A stretch of 64,000 nt of DNA from Thermodesulfobacteriota bacterium (GTDB taxonomy: Bacteria; Desulfobacterota_D; UBA1144; Nemesobacterales; UBA2774). The stretch spans positions 1,472,001-1,536,000 of the forward strand of contig OZ244991.1 in the NCBI GenBank assembly GCA_965223335.1, given 5' to 3'. Positions 29,942 to 39,446 of the stretch are shown in pieces. Position 1 is the stretch's first letter. Each line of letters begins with the position of its first letter. Below the pieces are notes generated by a model. The model saw only the letters and a program-made list of their open reading frames with translations. It made no database searches and was not told the origin of the DNA. Made by a program: the position numbers and the translations under genes.

Positions 29942-30058
29942 CTGGGTGGCAATACTGGAGAGGCAACACCCGGTCCCATCCCGAACCCGGAAGTTAAGCT
30001 CTCTGAGGCCGATGATACTGCCCCTGTACGGGGGTGGGAAAGTAGGTAGCTGCCTTGG
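29942..30058 (+). rRNA. rrf: 5S rRNA, stand-alone copy
   Basis: CCCATCCCGAAC..GGAAGTTAAG, GCCGATGATAC, GGGAAAGTAGGT; helix I CTGGGTGGC/GCTGCCTTGG; upstream TTGACA at 29903 and a downstream T-run. Confidence 0.95.
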
Positions 30059-30177
30059 TTCTTTTTTTTTTGTCCAAATCCACCTGCATTATAATCACCA
30101 AAGCAGCCCCCTCGTTTTTATCCCGCATACAGTTGTTATATAGTGCTTCCTCTGCTGCGAGCAGTTAAGATAATCGT

Positions 30178-30783
30178 ATGTCAAAGAAAACCAGGGTTGC
30201 CGTGTTTGTGTCGGGAAACGGCTCTAATCTACAGGCTATTATAGACGCAAACATTCGATCGGCAGATATTGCCGTGGTCTTGAGTAACCGACCCGATGCC
30301 TATGCCATCGAGAGGGCTAAAAACCATGACATCCCTGTAGAGATAGTAGACCACAAGGACTATGACTCGCGTGAGAGTTTTGAGAAGGCAATTATCGAGA
30401 GAATCACACCCTACCAAATAGATCTAATAGCCCTTGCGGGCTTTATGCGTATACTCACCCCCTATTTTGTAAGCAGGTACAAACATAGAATAATCAATCT
30501 GCACCCGGCATTGCTGCCTTCGTTTCCCGGTATGCACGCCGCAAAGCAGGCCCTTGAGTACGGGGTTAAATACACCGGGTGCACGGTGCATTTTGTGGAC
30601 CAGGGCGTGGACACGGGGCCTATTCTGCTTCAGTCCGTGGTCCCCGTGCTTGACGACGATACCGAGGACACGTTGCTCGAGAGAATCCATAAAGAGGAGC
30701 ACAAGATATACCCCAAGGCGGTCGAGCTCTTTTCCAGCGGCAAGATCGTGATTGATGGAAAGCGTGTCATAGTAAAAAACTGA
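30178..30783 (+). CDS. purN: Phosphoribosylglycinamide formyltransferase
   Basis: SGNGSNLQAI, LAGFMRIL, INLHPALLPSFPG, TGCTVHFV..GVDTGPI. Confidence 0.96.
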   Translation: MSKKTRVAVFVSGNGSNLQAIIDANIRSADIAVVLSNRPDAYAIERAKNHDIPVEIVDHKDYDSRESFEKAIIERITPYQIDLIALAGFMRILTPYFVSRYKHRIINLHPALLPSFPGMHAAKQALEYGVKYTGCTVHFVDQGVDTGPILLQSVVPVLDDDTEDTLLERIHKEEHKIYPKAVELFSSGKIVIDGKRVIVKN

Positions 30784-30807
30784 TTTTTACAAGGTACAGA
30801 CCCTGTT

Positions 30808-31206
30808 ATGGCTGAGTGTCCGTTATGCAAGAATAGTTTTAGTTCCGATATATCTTACTGCCCGAATTGCGAGGTAGGGCTTATCCCCGACGTCGTAGGT
30901 GTATCATACGAAAACACGCTACATGACCACAAACCTTTCGGCGGGGATACCAAACAAAAGCCAGTCAAAAAAAGTAAAAAAACATTCGTAGAACTGCATA
31001 GGACCGAGAATGCTGCACTGGCTGCGTTGATGAAAGATTTTTTAGAGAATCACAATATCGTATGCTATGTCGATAACTACTTTTCGCAGAGCTTAAACGT
31101 AAATTTGCTTATGCCCAATGCAACAAGCGGTGTGAGGGTAATGGTGTACCAAGACGATTTTGAGGAAGCAAAGGGGATTGTCGAGGCTTTTTTTCAGGAA
31201 GATTAA
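30808..31206 (+). CDS. Zinc-ribbon plus DUF2007-like (putative signal transducing) protein
   Basis: CPLC...CPNC, then A.LMK.FLE.HNI.C.V...GVRVMV...D.EEA. Confidence 0.65.
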   Translation: MAECPLCKNSFSSDISYCPNCEVGLIPDVVGVSYENTLHDHKPFGGDTKQKPVKKSKKTFVELHRTENAALAALMKDFLENHNIVCYVDNYFSQSLNVNLLMPNATSGVRVMVYQDDFEEAKGIVEAFFQED

Positions 31207-32222
31207 ATCTCTCTGCCCACTGCCTCTGCCACAGGCGCAGCCCGCTTCATAAGGTCTGCGAACTTTTTCGGTTTTAAGGACTGCCCGCCATCACTGACTG
31301 CAATTTCGGGGTTGTTGTGTACCTCAATTATTAAACCGTCTGCTCCTGCAGCTATGGCGGCAAGAGCCATAGGTGTTACATACTGCCAATATCCTGTTCC
31401 ATGGCTTGGGTCAGCTACTACCGGCAGGTGAGTTTTCTCTTGTAAAACTGGGATTGCGTTTAGGTCAAACGTGTTTCTTGTGGCCGTTTCAAATGTTCTT
31501 ATACCTCTTTCACAAAGCATTACATCTTCGTTGCCTTCGGAAAGTATGTACTCGGCACACATCAAGAATTCTTTTATCGTTGTGGACATGCCTCGTTTGA
31601 GTAGTACGGGTTTCTTAGACTTGCCTACCTCTTTAAGTAGTGCGTAGTTTTGTGCGTTCCTGGCCCCTATCTGCAGTACATCAGCATATTCAACAACCGC
31701 ATCCATGTGGTGAACATCGAGTATTTCAGTCACTATAGGCATGCCTGTAGCTTCTTTGGCTTTAGCCAGAAGTTTTAGCCCCTCTACGCCAAGCCCTTGG
31801 AAAGCGTATGGAGACGACCTCGGCTTGTAAGCACCGCCCCTGAACATTGTTGCACCGGCTTCCTTTACTGCCTTGGCTACTTCTAAGATCTGCTCTTCAT
31901 TTTCTACAGAACATGGCCCGGCAATCACGGGCAATTTTTTGTTGCCTATAGAGATGCCTTCAATCTTAATTTCTGACTTTTCGGGTTTAAATTCTTTGCT
32001 GGCGAGTTTGTGAGGTTGTACTATGGGGACAACTTTTTCCACCCCTTCTAGGATGCTCAGTGTCTCCATATCCTGTGGCTTGCCTCGCTCGTCACCTACC
32101 GCTCCAATAACAGTCCTGAGTACCCCTTGGATCAGGTGTGCTTTGTACCCAAGCTCATCCATAGTATCCACAGCTTTTTGGATCTGTTCCTCTGAGGCAC
32201 CGCTTTTCATTACAACTATCAT
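31203..32222 (-). CDS. aroF: 3-deoxy-7-phosphoheptulonate (DAHP) synthase, type I-beta with N-terminal regulatory domain
   Basis: [47 protein letters not shown]. Confidence 0.95.
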   Translation of the reverse strand: MIVVMKSGASEEQIQKAVDTMDELGYKAHLIQGVLRTVIGAVGDERGKPQDMETLSILEGVEKVVPIVQPHKLASKEFKPEKSEIKIEGISIGNKKLPVIAGPCSVENEEQILEVAKAVKEAGATMFRGGAYKPRSSPYAFQGLGVEGLKLLAKAKEATGMPIVTEILDVHHMDAVVEYADVLQIGARNAQNYALLKEVGKSKKPVLLKRGMSTTIKEFLMCAEYILSEGNEDVMLCERGIRTFETATRNTFDLNAIPVLQEKTHLPVVADPSHGTGYWQYVTPMALAAIAAGADGLIIEVHNNPEIAVSDGGQSLKPKKFADLMKRAAPVAEAVGREI

Positions 32223-32419
32223 TTAAAGCTCCTGATAATAGAGTTACCCCTAACCCCGGATCAAGTGTGCTAGCATACATGAAGAACTAATCATGTCAAT
32301 ATATAAAGGGACACATTCTAAGTGTTTGTTTAGGTTTGTTTAGGTGTGTGTTCCGGTTCAAAAATGTGTAGTATTGATTCTTGGGATATTCCCGAGAATA
32401 ATATTAAACTCCTACTTTA

Positions 32420-32503
32420 GGGCAGGTGGTGAAATTGGCAGACACGACGGCCTCAAAAGCCGTTGGACTTATGTCCGTGGGGGTTCGAGTCCCCCCCTGC
32501 CCA
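32420..32503 (+). tRNA. tRNA-Leu(CAA), CCA not encoded
   Basis: Acceptor stem GGGCAGG/CCTGCCC-A, anticodon arm ACGGC-CTCAAAA-GCCGT, long variable arm, GGTTCGAGT. Confidence 0.93.
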
Positions 32504-32610
32504 GACTACCGATCACATTTATCTTTAGACTGTATCCAATCAACAAATACTAACTTCATCACATAAACTAAATTGCATCCCTCCGTCCAGGTGCTATTAT
32601 CTATTATTAG

Positions 32611-33663
32611 ATGATTATTGGGATACCGAGAGAGAGAAAGGTCCAAGAGTACAGGGTAGCGCTCACGCCCCAGGCTGTGCGGGTACTGACACAGCACAAG
32701 CACAAGGTGTTTGTCGAGAAGGGCGCGGGTGGCGGTAGTGGGATACCCGACGAGGACTATAAAAAAGCCGGGGCGAGGATCGTAAATACCGAAAGGGAGC
32801 TTTTCAAAAAGACCAAACTCATAGTTAAAGTAAAAGAGCCTCTCCCAACCGAATACCCGTATATTAAGGAACACCATACAATATTTTCCTACCTACATCT
32901 GGCTGCGGATAGAAAACTCATCCAAGCACTAAAGAAAAGCAAATGCCGGGCTATGGCATTTGAAACAGTCGAACTCCCCGACGGTTCGCTCCCTATGCTT
33001 GTGCCTATGAGCACTATTGCAGGGCGGTTATCAGTACAGGTAGGTGTGCACTTCCTCCAGAAGTCCAAGGGGGGCAAGGGTGTGCTTCTATGCGGTGCTG
33101 CGGGGGTTAGAAGCGGGCGAGTCACAGTTATCGGAGGTGGTACGGTTGGGCTTAGCGCAGTGCTTTCGGCGCTTGGCCTGGGAGCAGAAGTAACTGTCAT
33201 TGACATTAAACAAGAGAAGCTTGATTTCTTCTATGAGCAGTTTGAGGGCAGGGTAAAGACACTTCCATCATACCCCGAGGTAGTCGAGAACGAGCTTATA
33301 AAGTCAGACCTAGTAGTAGGTGCGGTACTTGTTACGGGTGCAAAGGCCCCTAAAGTGATTACCAAAGAGATGATAAAGAAGATGGAGAAGGGCAGTGTGT
33401 TTGTGGATGTCGCGATTGACCAGGGGGGATGCTCCGAGACCAGCAAACCCACGACACACGACTCTCCTGTTTACGACTCTTACGGCATAAAACATTACTG
33501 TGTTACAAACATGCCGTCTCTGGTAGCCAAGACCTCAACCTATTATCTATCCAACACTATCCTTCCCTATGTGCTTATGGTTGCCGACGGCAAGACGGAG
33601 CAGAACGAAGCTCTTTATAAAGGCATAAACGTTGATAACGGCAAGCTTATGCTCGATATCTAA
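32611..33663 (+). CDS. ald: Alanine dehydrogenase
   Basis: IGIPRE...EYRVALTP, VKVKEP, YLHLAA, PMS.IAGR, GGGTVG, DVAIDQGGC.ET, HYCV.NMP. Confidence 0.92.
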   Translation: MIIGIPRERKVQEYRVALTPQAVRVLTQHKHKVFVEKGAGGGSGIPDEDYKKAGARIVNTERELFKKTKLIVKVKEPLPTEYPYIKEHHTIFSYLHLAADRKLIQALKKSKCRAMAFETVELPDGSLPMLVPMSTIAGRLSVQVGVHFLQKSKGGKGVLLCGAAGVRSGRVTVIGGGTVGLSAVLSALGLGAEVTVIDIKQEKLDFFYEQFEGRVKTLPSYPEVVENELIKSDLVVGAVLVTGAKAPKVITKEMIKKMEKGSVFVDVAIDQGGCSETSKPTTHDSPVYDSYGIKHYCVTNMPSLVAKTSTYYLSNTILPYVLMVADGKTEQNEALYKGINVDNGKLMLDI

Positions 33664-33680
33664 TTGCCCAGCCTAAAAAA

Positions 33681-35543
33681 TTATTGAACAGTCCCATTAA
33701 AATATTGAGTGGCTAGATTATAGGCATCTTTACCCACTTGAGCGCCTACGATTCTGCCTTCCAGGTCGTCAGCATCCACGTGAATTCCGCCCCATAGACG
33801 CGAGATACCGGCTTCATCTGATGCATCATAATAAGTTGCCCATTCCAACACAACCTCTTCAGTGGGACCGATCTCGAACTCAAGAAAATGGTCTTTTTCC
33901 GCAACCAGTGTGCCAAGACCGCCCGGGAAATATTTGCTGCCGGTGATTGAGGCCAAGACCTCGGCGGCGGCCCGGCTGAAAGTGCTGTGGCCGGATATGT
34001 AACCAGCAAACGGTGGTGTTACGAAGTTAGAGCGCTGATACGGGAGCCAATTAACAGCCAGTATCCATCCTGTGCCGCTGTACTCGTTCTCGGGGTCATC
34101 CGGCTCGCCCAGCCATGACTTTATTGCAATTAGTCCCACCTGTGCCTGCAAGTGGCTATGGCGTTCCCCCGCTGCACTTGACTCGGGAGTTATAACCTCT
34201 ATCAATCCGGGTACCAGAGGCAACCCATCGGGGTGATAAGAGGTGCCGCCGGGATCAGAAGACTGGCCCAATCCACCCATGTAGCGGATGGCCGATATAG
34301 GCCTTACATAATCGTATTTGCGCTTGGCGTCCCATGCAGCAACCGCAGCGTCATGCACTGCACCGTTTATGGCAAAGTAGAGTTTGACGTCCCACTCGAG
34401 TTCATTCACAATAGCTCCACCGCCCCCTATTGCCTTTACGAGTAGGGGATGGTCCGAAACATAATTGGCCAGGGTGTTCCAATGCCCCGGTGGGGTCTCC
34501 GAGTCGGGGCCGTCGGCCCAAAACTCGGCAAGTATACGTCCATAATCACCCCTTTTCACAATATTCGGTGCATATGGCTGCCCGGTAAAAGGGTTGGTGT
34601 TGTAGCCTGTGCCGTTGTTGGTCCCGAGTGTGTTGTTGCCTATTGCTCCGGGGGATATGTCTATCAATACCCCGTCATCCGGGTCAACCCGGCTGCTGAA
34701 CCTAATCACGCGGACTATAGCGTTTTTAAATTCGGCATCGTCTATTCCTCCAAGTTGAGGGGGTAATCCGGGATCTAGGTAAATATCCACATCGGGATTG
34801 CCTCTGGGTGCGAGCGCAAACGGTTTTACATAACCCCATTGCGATCCGAGGAATACCTGTACATCGCCGCGCTGAAGCCCGTTTTGTGTGAGCCGTCCCG
34901 TAATATCAAGTGGCTGCCACCGGTTCGGATCAACCATCACTGTACCCGGGATACTGATCACCAGGGGTTCATTCACAGGCATGTACCCGGTGTTATCCTC
35001 ATATTCGTTTGCTTCGTTAGCTCCATCCGTGAGGCCGTATGCCAACACGGCTTCGGCGATACGGTTGCCGAGCGCTGCAGGGGAGTTGCCGGCAGTACCG
35101 GTAAATGATTTATCGTATCCCAAGTCGTCCATAGTTTCATCGAACGAGGCCAGTGATTCCGCAGCACCCGGTGAGATTTTGTAGCGCTCTTTTAAAACTC
35201 GGTATGCGGCAAAACTGATGGCCTCTGCACGTGCTGTTTCTATATCATCAGCAGTCAATTTTTCCTTGACAAGGTAGCCTGTGGCTATGGTGTCGTAAGC
35301 AGCCCAGGCATCGTACATTGCTACGGATGTGTGGAACAGGTTGCGCGAGTGCACTGTCGGTGCGGGGTAGTCTATTCTAATGGCATCGAGCAGTTGCTCG
35401 TTCCAGATACGTGCGACGGAGTAGTTTAAGTCTCCTGTACTGGAACTTGATGATTTGTCACACGCGGTTTGTACAATGGATAATGCGAGTAAAACGGTTA
35501 ATCCAACCCCTATGATTAACCTTGGGTAGGTCAATCCCTTCAT
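33681..35543 (-). CDS. Vanadium-dependent haloperoxidase / PAP2-superfamily lipoprotein
   Basis: Lipobox QTAC; vanadate-binding motifs K..Y...RP, PPF..YISGHST, SRLWGGIH. Confidence 0.8.
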   Translation of the reverse strand: MKGLTYPRLIIGVGLTVLLALSIVQTACDKSSSSSTGDLNYSVARIWNEQLLDAIRIDYPAPTVHSRNLFHTSVAMYDAWAAYDTIATGYLVKEKLTADDIETARAEAISFAAYRVLKERYKISPGAAESLASFDETMDDLGYDKSFTGTAGNSPAALGNRIAEAVLAYGLTDGANEANEYEDNTGYMPVNEPLVISIPGTVMVDPNRWQPLDITGRLTQNGLQRGDVQVFLGSQWGYVKPFALAPRGNPDVDIYLDPGLPPQLGGIDDAEFKNAIVRVIRFSSRVDPDDGVLIDISPGAIGNNTLGTNNGTGYNTNPFTGQPYAPNIVKRGDYGRILAEFWADGPDSETPPGHWNTLANYVSDHPLLVKAIGGGGAIVNELEWDVKLYFAINGAVHDAAVAAWDAKRKYDYVRPISAIRYMGGLGQSSDPGGTSYHPDGLPLVPGLIEVITPESSAAGERHSHLQAQVGLIAIKSWLGEPDDPENEYSGTGWILAVNWLPYQRSNFVTPPFAGYISGHSTFSRAAAEVLASITGSKYFPGGLGTLVAEKDHFLEFEIGPTEEVVLEWATYYDASDEAGISRLWGGIHVDADDLEGRIVGAQVGKDAYNLATQYFNGTVQ

Positions 35544-35735
35544 GTTGTTTGTCCCCCTTTGGATTACTTCCTTCTAGCGCAATAGTATACATAAGAATCG
35601 AGTAGTGGGGAGTAGAGAGTTGGGATTCTATCAACCTAAATTCAGTAACTGTCTGAAATTATGGATATAGCGTTTACGTATTATCGAAATGTTCTAATTC
35701 GGGATAAGGAGTATGGGAGCTCAGCCATGGTAAAA

Positions 35736-36893
35736 TCAGTACCTGGGCATTTCAGGGTCGTGCTTCTCGGCCCAAGCGTCAATGCCGCCTGCCAGGTTTT
35801 TCACCTTCTGAAAGCCCATGTTTCTAAGCAGTCTTGTGGCCTGCATGCTACGTGACCCGTGGTGGCAGTGTACAATAATGTCGTCTGCAGTATCCAGTTC
35901 GTTTACCCTGCTCGGCAGTTCGCCAAGAGGTATTAACACAGAGCCGTCAATGCTGCATATATCATACTCATGCGGCTCTCTGACATCGAGTATCTTTACA
36001 GGACCGTTTGAAGAAACGATTTCGTGGAACTCATCTACGCTTATTTCCAACTTATCGTCCTCACCCGAGGTGTCTTCAAGCCCTAACTCGCCACGCCCTA
36101 TCCCACAGAACTGTTCATAGTCAATTAGCTCAGTAATAGTGGCGTTCTCGCCGCATATGGGGCAGTCGGGGTCCTTTCTGAGGCTAAGCTCCCTTACTTT
36201 CATATCCATCACGTCCATAAAGAGCAGCTTCCCGATAAGCGGTGTCCCTTTCTCTATAATGAGCTTAATCGTCTCGGCGGCTTGCAGCGTGCCTATTACC
36301 CCCGGCAATATGCCAAGAACTCCACCCTCTGCACAACTGGGCACAAGTCCCGGGGGCGGGGGTTCGGGGTAGAGACATCTGTAGCAGGGGCCACGTTTGG
36401 CGTCGAATACGCTCACTTGGCCCTCAAACCTAAAAATGCTTCCGTATACGTTTGGTTTTCCCAACAGCACGCATGAGTCGTTTACAAGATATCTGGTGGC
36501 AAAATTGTCCGTACCGTCCACAACGACATCATAATCCTTAATGATATCCATTGCGTTGTCGGATGTTATTGTAGTGTTATAAGTCTCTATCTCTACGTCG
36601 GAGTTAAGGCTCTCCAGAGTTTCTTTGGCCGACTCGACCTTTAGCATGCCGACCGTATCTTCGTTGTGTATGATTTGACGTTGCAGGTTGCTGAAATCTA
36701 CTACATCAAAATCGAGTATGCCCAGTTTACCGACACCTGCGGCTGCCAAGTAGAGCGCCAGGGGCGAGCCGAGCCCGCCTGCACCTATACACAGCACCTT
36801 TGCGGCTGCAAGTTTTTCCTGTCCCTCTACCCCTACCTCGGGCATTATGAGGTGGCGGCTATATCGTCTAATCTGTTCGTTTGTAAGACCCAT
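35736..36893 (-). CDS. moeZ: MoeB/ThiF adenylyltransferase fused to rhodanese (MoeZ type)
   Basis: RYSRH, GAGGLG, SNLQRQ, DGTDNF, CYRC, P.C.EGG, C..C; C-terminal rhodanese LDVRE...CHHGSRS. Confidence 0.88.
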   Translation of the reverse strand: MGLTNEQIRRYSRHLIMPEVGVEGQEKLAAAKVLCIGAGGLGSPLALYLAAAGVGKLGILDFDVVDFSNLQRQIIHNEDTVGMLKVESAKETLESLNSDVEIETYNTTITSDNAMDIIKDYDVVVDGTDNFATRYLVNDSCVLLGKPNVYGSIFRFEGQVSVFDAKRGPCYRCLYPEPPPPGLVPSCAEGGVLGILPGVIGTLQAAETIKLIIEKGTPLIGKLLFMDVMDMKVRELSLRKDPDCPICGENATITELIDYEQFCGIGRGELGLEDTSGEDDKLEISVDEFHEIVSSNGPVKILDVREPHEYDICSIDGSVLIPLGELPSRVNELDTADDIIVHCHHGSRSMQATRLLRNMGFQKVKNLAGGIDAWAEKHDPEMPRY

Positions 36894-37028
36894 CTTAATT
36901 TACCTTCCTTCCTTTGATCTGGAGAATCATAATAAATTAATACAGAAACGGTGGTGTTTCAACTTCATGCAGTGCCTGTGATCAGTGCCGTGCTGAATTT
37001 ATTTAGATTAATTATACTTGTATTGGAT

Positions 37029-37787
37029 TCAGAGGTTCATTTGACGCTCTTTTATAAACGGGACATGAATCTGATCCTGTTTGTAGTTGCCGGTAAGCGC
37101 ATAGAGCATGATATTGATACCTAGTCTAAAGGCGAGCTCTCTCTGCGATTCACCCCCCGGTATGCACTCGAACTCCCATTTACCGAACTCGTCTTCCGAC
37201 CATGCACCCAGCAGATCGTTCCTGGAGTATATGAGTGCTGTCCTTTGCTCGTCTTTAAAGGTTATGCCTTCCAAAGACGGCTCGATTATCTTTCTTCCGC
37301 TTGGCGAGTGGAGCAGGTAAAAGGACTTATACAGAACATGATCGTGGGGTATTATCGATAAGCTTAGCTCGGGGATAATACTTGAAATTTCGTTCCTGAT
37401 CGACCTATCGAACTCGGAATCTGTTTCGCCAGACGAGTCATCGACTACTATTGTGCCTCCCATCTTTAAGAACCTGCGCAGTATGGTTCTTTGTTCGTTA
37501 CTAAACGGTGCAAATCCCCCAGTGCCGCTTATAAAGAGTAACGGGTAGTCATGTAGTTTAGGGTCGTCAATGGCTATATCCACTTTATCCGGAGAGGTCT
37601 TTACACTGGTTCTGATCTCTAAAGAGCTCAAAAACCTTTTATAAGCTCTGGGGCGCGGGTCCCAGTTGCCGTTATATATGAGTTGCGTGTAATGGAATTT
37701 ACTAGTGTCTGGGCGTGCCTTTGTCGAAAATATTAAACCCATACTGCCTAAAAGCACACTTTTTACAAATACTCTTCGTGTGATCAC
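37029..37787 (-). CDS. DUF4159 domain protein with Tat-like signal
   Basis: TRRVFVK twin-arginine motif; YPLLFISG, LRRFL..GG...VDD, DH.LYKSFY, NDL.GAW, YALTGNYKQDQIH. Confidence 0.75.
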   Translation of the reverse strand: MITRRVFVKSVLLGSMGLIFSTKARPDTSKFHYTQLIYNGNWDPRPRAYKRFLSSLEIRTSVKTSPDKVDIAIDDPKLHDYPLLFISGTGGFAPFSNEQRTILRRFLKMGGTIVVDDSSGETDSEFDRSIRNEISSIIPELSLSIIPHDHVLYKSFYLLHSPSGRKIIEPSLEGITFKDEQRTALIYSRNDLLGAWSEDEFGKWEFECIPGGESQRELAFRLGINIMLYALTGNYKQDQIHVPFIKERQMNL

Positions 37788-37934
37788 TTAAATAAGTTTG
37801 TGCGTAGTTGGAAAGGGTGTCAAGCTGAACTTACAGCGCATACAACTATCCCCCACATTTTCGTTTAATGGAAAATCACAGCACGTGGGAAACTAAATAA
37901 TGAGAGACAGAATAACCCCGGCAGAGTTAGTTGC

Positions 37935-38147
37935 TTATTCTGACTCTACTTTAACGACCTTTGTGGCCTGTGGACCTTTGGGGCCGTCTGTAATTTCAAA
38001 TTCAACCGCTTCACCTTCGGCAAGGCTCTTATAGCCGTCGCCTTCTATGACACTGTAGTGAACGAATATATCCTTCTCTACCTCGTCAGATTGTATGAAG
38101 CCGTAACCTTTAGAACTATTAAACCACTTAACAGTACCTTGTTTCAA
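37935..38147 (-). CDS. Cold-shock protein
   Basis: GTVKWFN..KGYGFI, DIFVHYS, GPKGPQA; AGGAGG SD with TTG start; upstream TTGACA-17-CATATT. Confidence 0.95.
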   Translation of the reverse strand: MKQGTVKWFNSSKGYGFIQSDEVEKDIFVHYSVIEGDGYKSLAEGEAVEFEITDGPKGPQATKVVKVESE

Positions 38148-38283
38148 AATACACTACCTCCTAAAATCTACTTCTGAAACTTAATATGGCACGATTTTGG
38201 TATTTTGTCAATCAGTATATTTTAGATTGAAAAATTTGGATGTGAGACATAATTAAGTAAGCTTTTCTGCACGAAAAGACAGG

Positions 38284-39438
38284 TTGATAATGAGTTTAGA
38301 TCCAAAGACAATAGAGTATTACCGTAGCCTTTTTCCTATTACAAAAGACTACATTTATCTCGACCACGCCGGGGTTGCCCCGGTTTCGACCTCTGTGTGT
38401 GGGGCTGCGCACGACTTTATGGTGGAGTCTTCGGAGCACGGCATAGCACGCTACGAACAATGGACTGGGCGCATAGACGAGGTTAGGGGTAGGAGTGCCG
38501 AGATTACGGGGGCCAAAGACACCGAGATCGCATTTATTAAGAACACCTCGCACGGCATATCGATTGTAGCATCGGGGCTCGAGTGGAAAGAGGGAGATAA
38601 TGTAATTGTATATGAAAGGGACTTTCCCTCGAATATATACCCGTGGCTAAATCTTAAGAGCCTGGGGGTCGAACTAAGATACTTCAAAGCTACAAATAAC
38701 CGCATAGATATTAAAGTGATAGCGGGTCTCATGGATTCCCGCACACGTGTGGTGTCAGTAACATCTGTGCAATCCAACAACGGGTTTATGATCGATCTGG
38801 GGCGGCTTGGGGCGTTGTGTAAGCGCAACGATACACTCTTATTTGTCGACGCTATTCAGAGCCTGGGTGCAGTGCCAATGGATGTAGGGGAAATGGGTAT
38901 CGATTTTATGGCTGCCGATGCGCATAAGTGGCTCTTGGGGCCCGAGGGGATAGGGATCTTCTATTGCCGAGAGGAACTGGCACCCCGGATTGAGCCGTGT
39001 TTAATAGGCTGGAAGAGTGTGGTGGGTGAGGACGATTTTGAGACCATCGATCTCACACTAAAAGACAACACACTTCGTTTTGAAGAGGGCTCGCCTAATA
39101 TTGCAGGCATATATGCGCTAGGTGCAGCATTGGATCTGTTGCTCGAGGTCGGGGTTCGGGAGATCAAAACACGGATCGATGGGCTTGTGGACGTTATCAT
39201 CAGTGAAGTCCAAAAGCGTGGTCTTACACTTATAAGTCCCCGAGATGCGAATGAGCGCGGGGGCATAGCCGTATTCCGAGGCGGGTTTGATCCCGCAGAT
39301 ATAAGGACTCAACTGCAAAAGAGGAATATTATAGTGAATACAAGGGGAGGGGCGCTTAGGTTATCACCCCATTTCTATAACACAGAGGACGAGATTAAGG
39401 CTGTGTTCAGTGCGCTTGACAACCTTACAAGCAACTGA
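38284..39438 (+). CDS. PLP-dependent aminotransferase class V
   Basis: YLDHAG, NTSHG, VDAIQS.G, HKWLLGPEG.G, RFEEG, LRLSPHFYN. Confidence 0.88.
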   Translation: MIMSLDPKTIEYYRSLFPITKDYIYLDHAGVAPVSTSVCGAAHDFMVESSEHGIARYEQWTGRIDEVRGRSAEITGAKDTEIAFIKNTSHGISIVASGLEWKEGDNVIVYERDFPSNIYPWLNLKSLGVELRYFKATNNRIDIKVIAGLMDSRTRVVSVTSVQSNNGFMIDLGRLGALCKRNDTLLFVDAIQSLGAVPMDVGEMGIDFMAADAHKWLLGPEGIGIFYCREELAPRIEPCLIGWKSVVGEDDFETIDLTLKDNTLRFEEGSPNIAGIYALGAALDLLLEVGVREIKTRIDGLVDVIISEVQKRGLTLISPRDANERGGIAVFRGGFDPADIRTQLQKRNIIVNTRGGALRLSPHFYNTEDEIKAVFSALDNLTSN

Positions 39439-39446
39439 TTATAAAG

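Noticed and set aside
29946..30143. 65-aa ORF in the track
   Set aside because: It overlaps the 5S rRNA and is a spurious translation.
32324..32345. GTTTGTTTAG tandem duplication
   Set aside because: Only two copies of 10 nt with no spacers; not a CRISPR or a meaningful array.
32344..32877. 69-aa and 123-aa ORFs in the track
   Set aside because: They overlap tRNA-Leu and ald respectively and are shadow frames.
38187..38202. TGGCACGATTTTGGTA as a sigma54 promoter for the class V aminotransferase
   Set aside because: The -12 position is GT rather than GC, and the same bases form the spacer and -10 of the csp sigma70 promoter on the minus strand.
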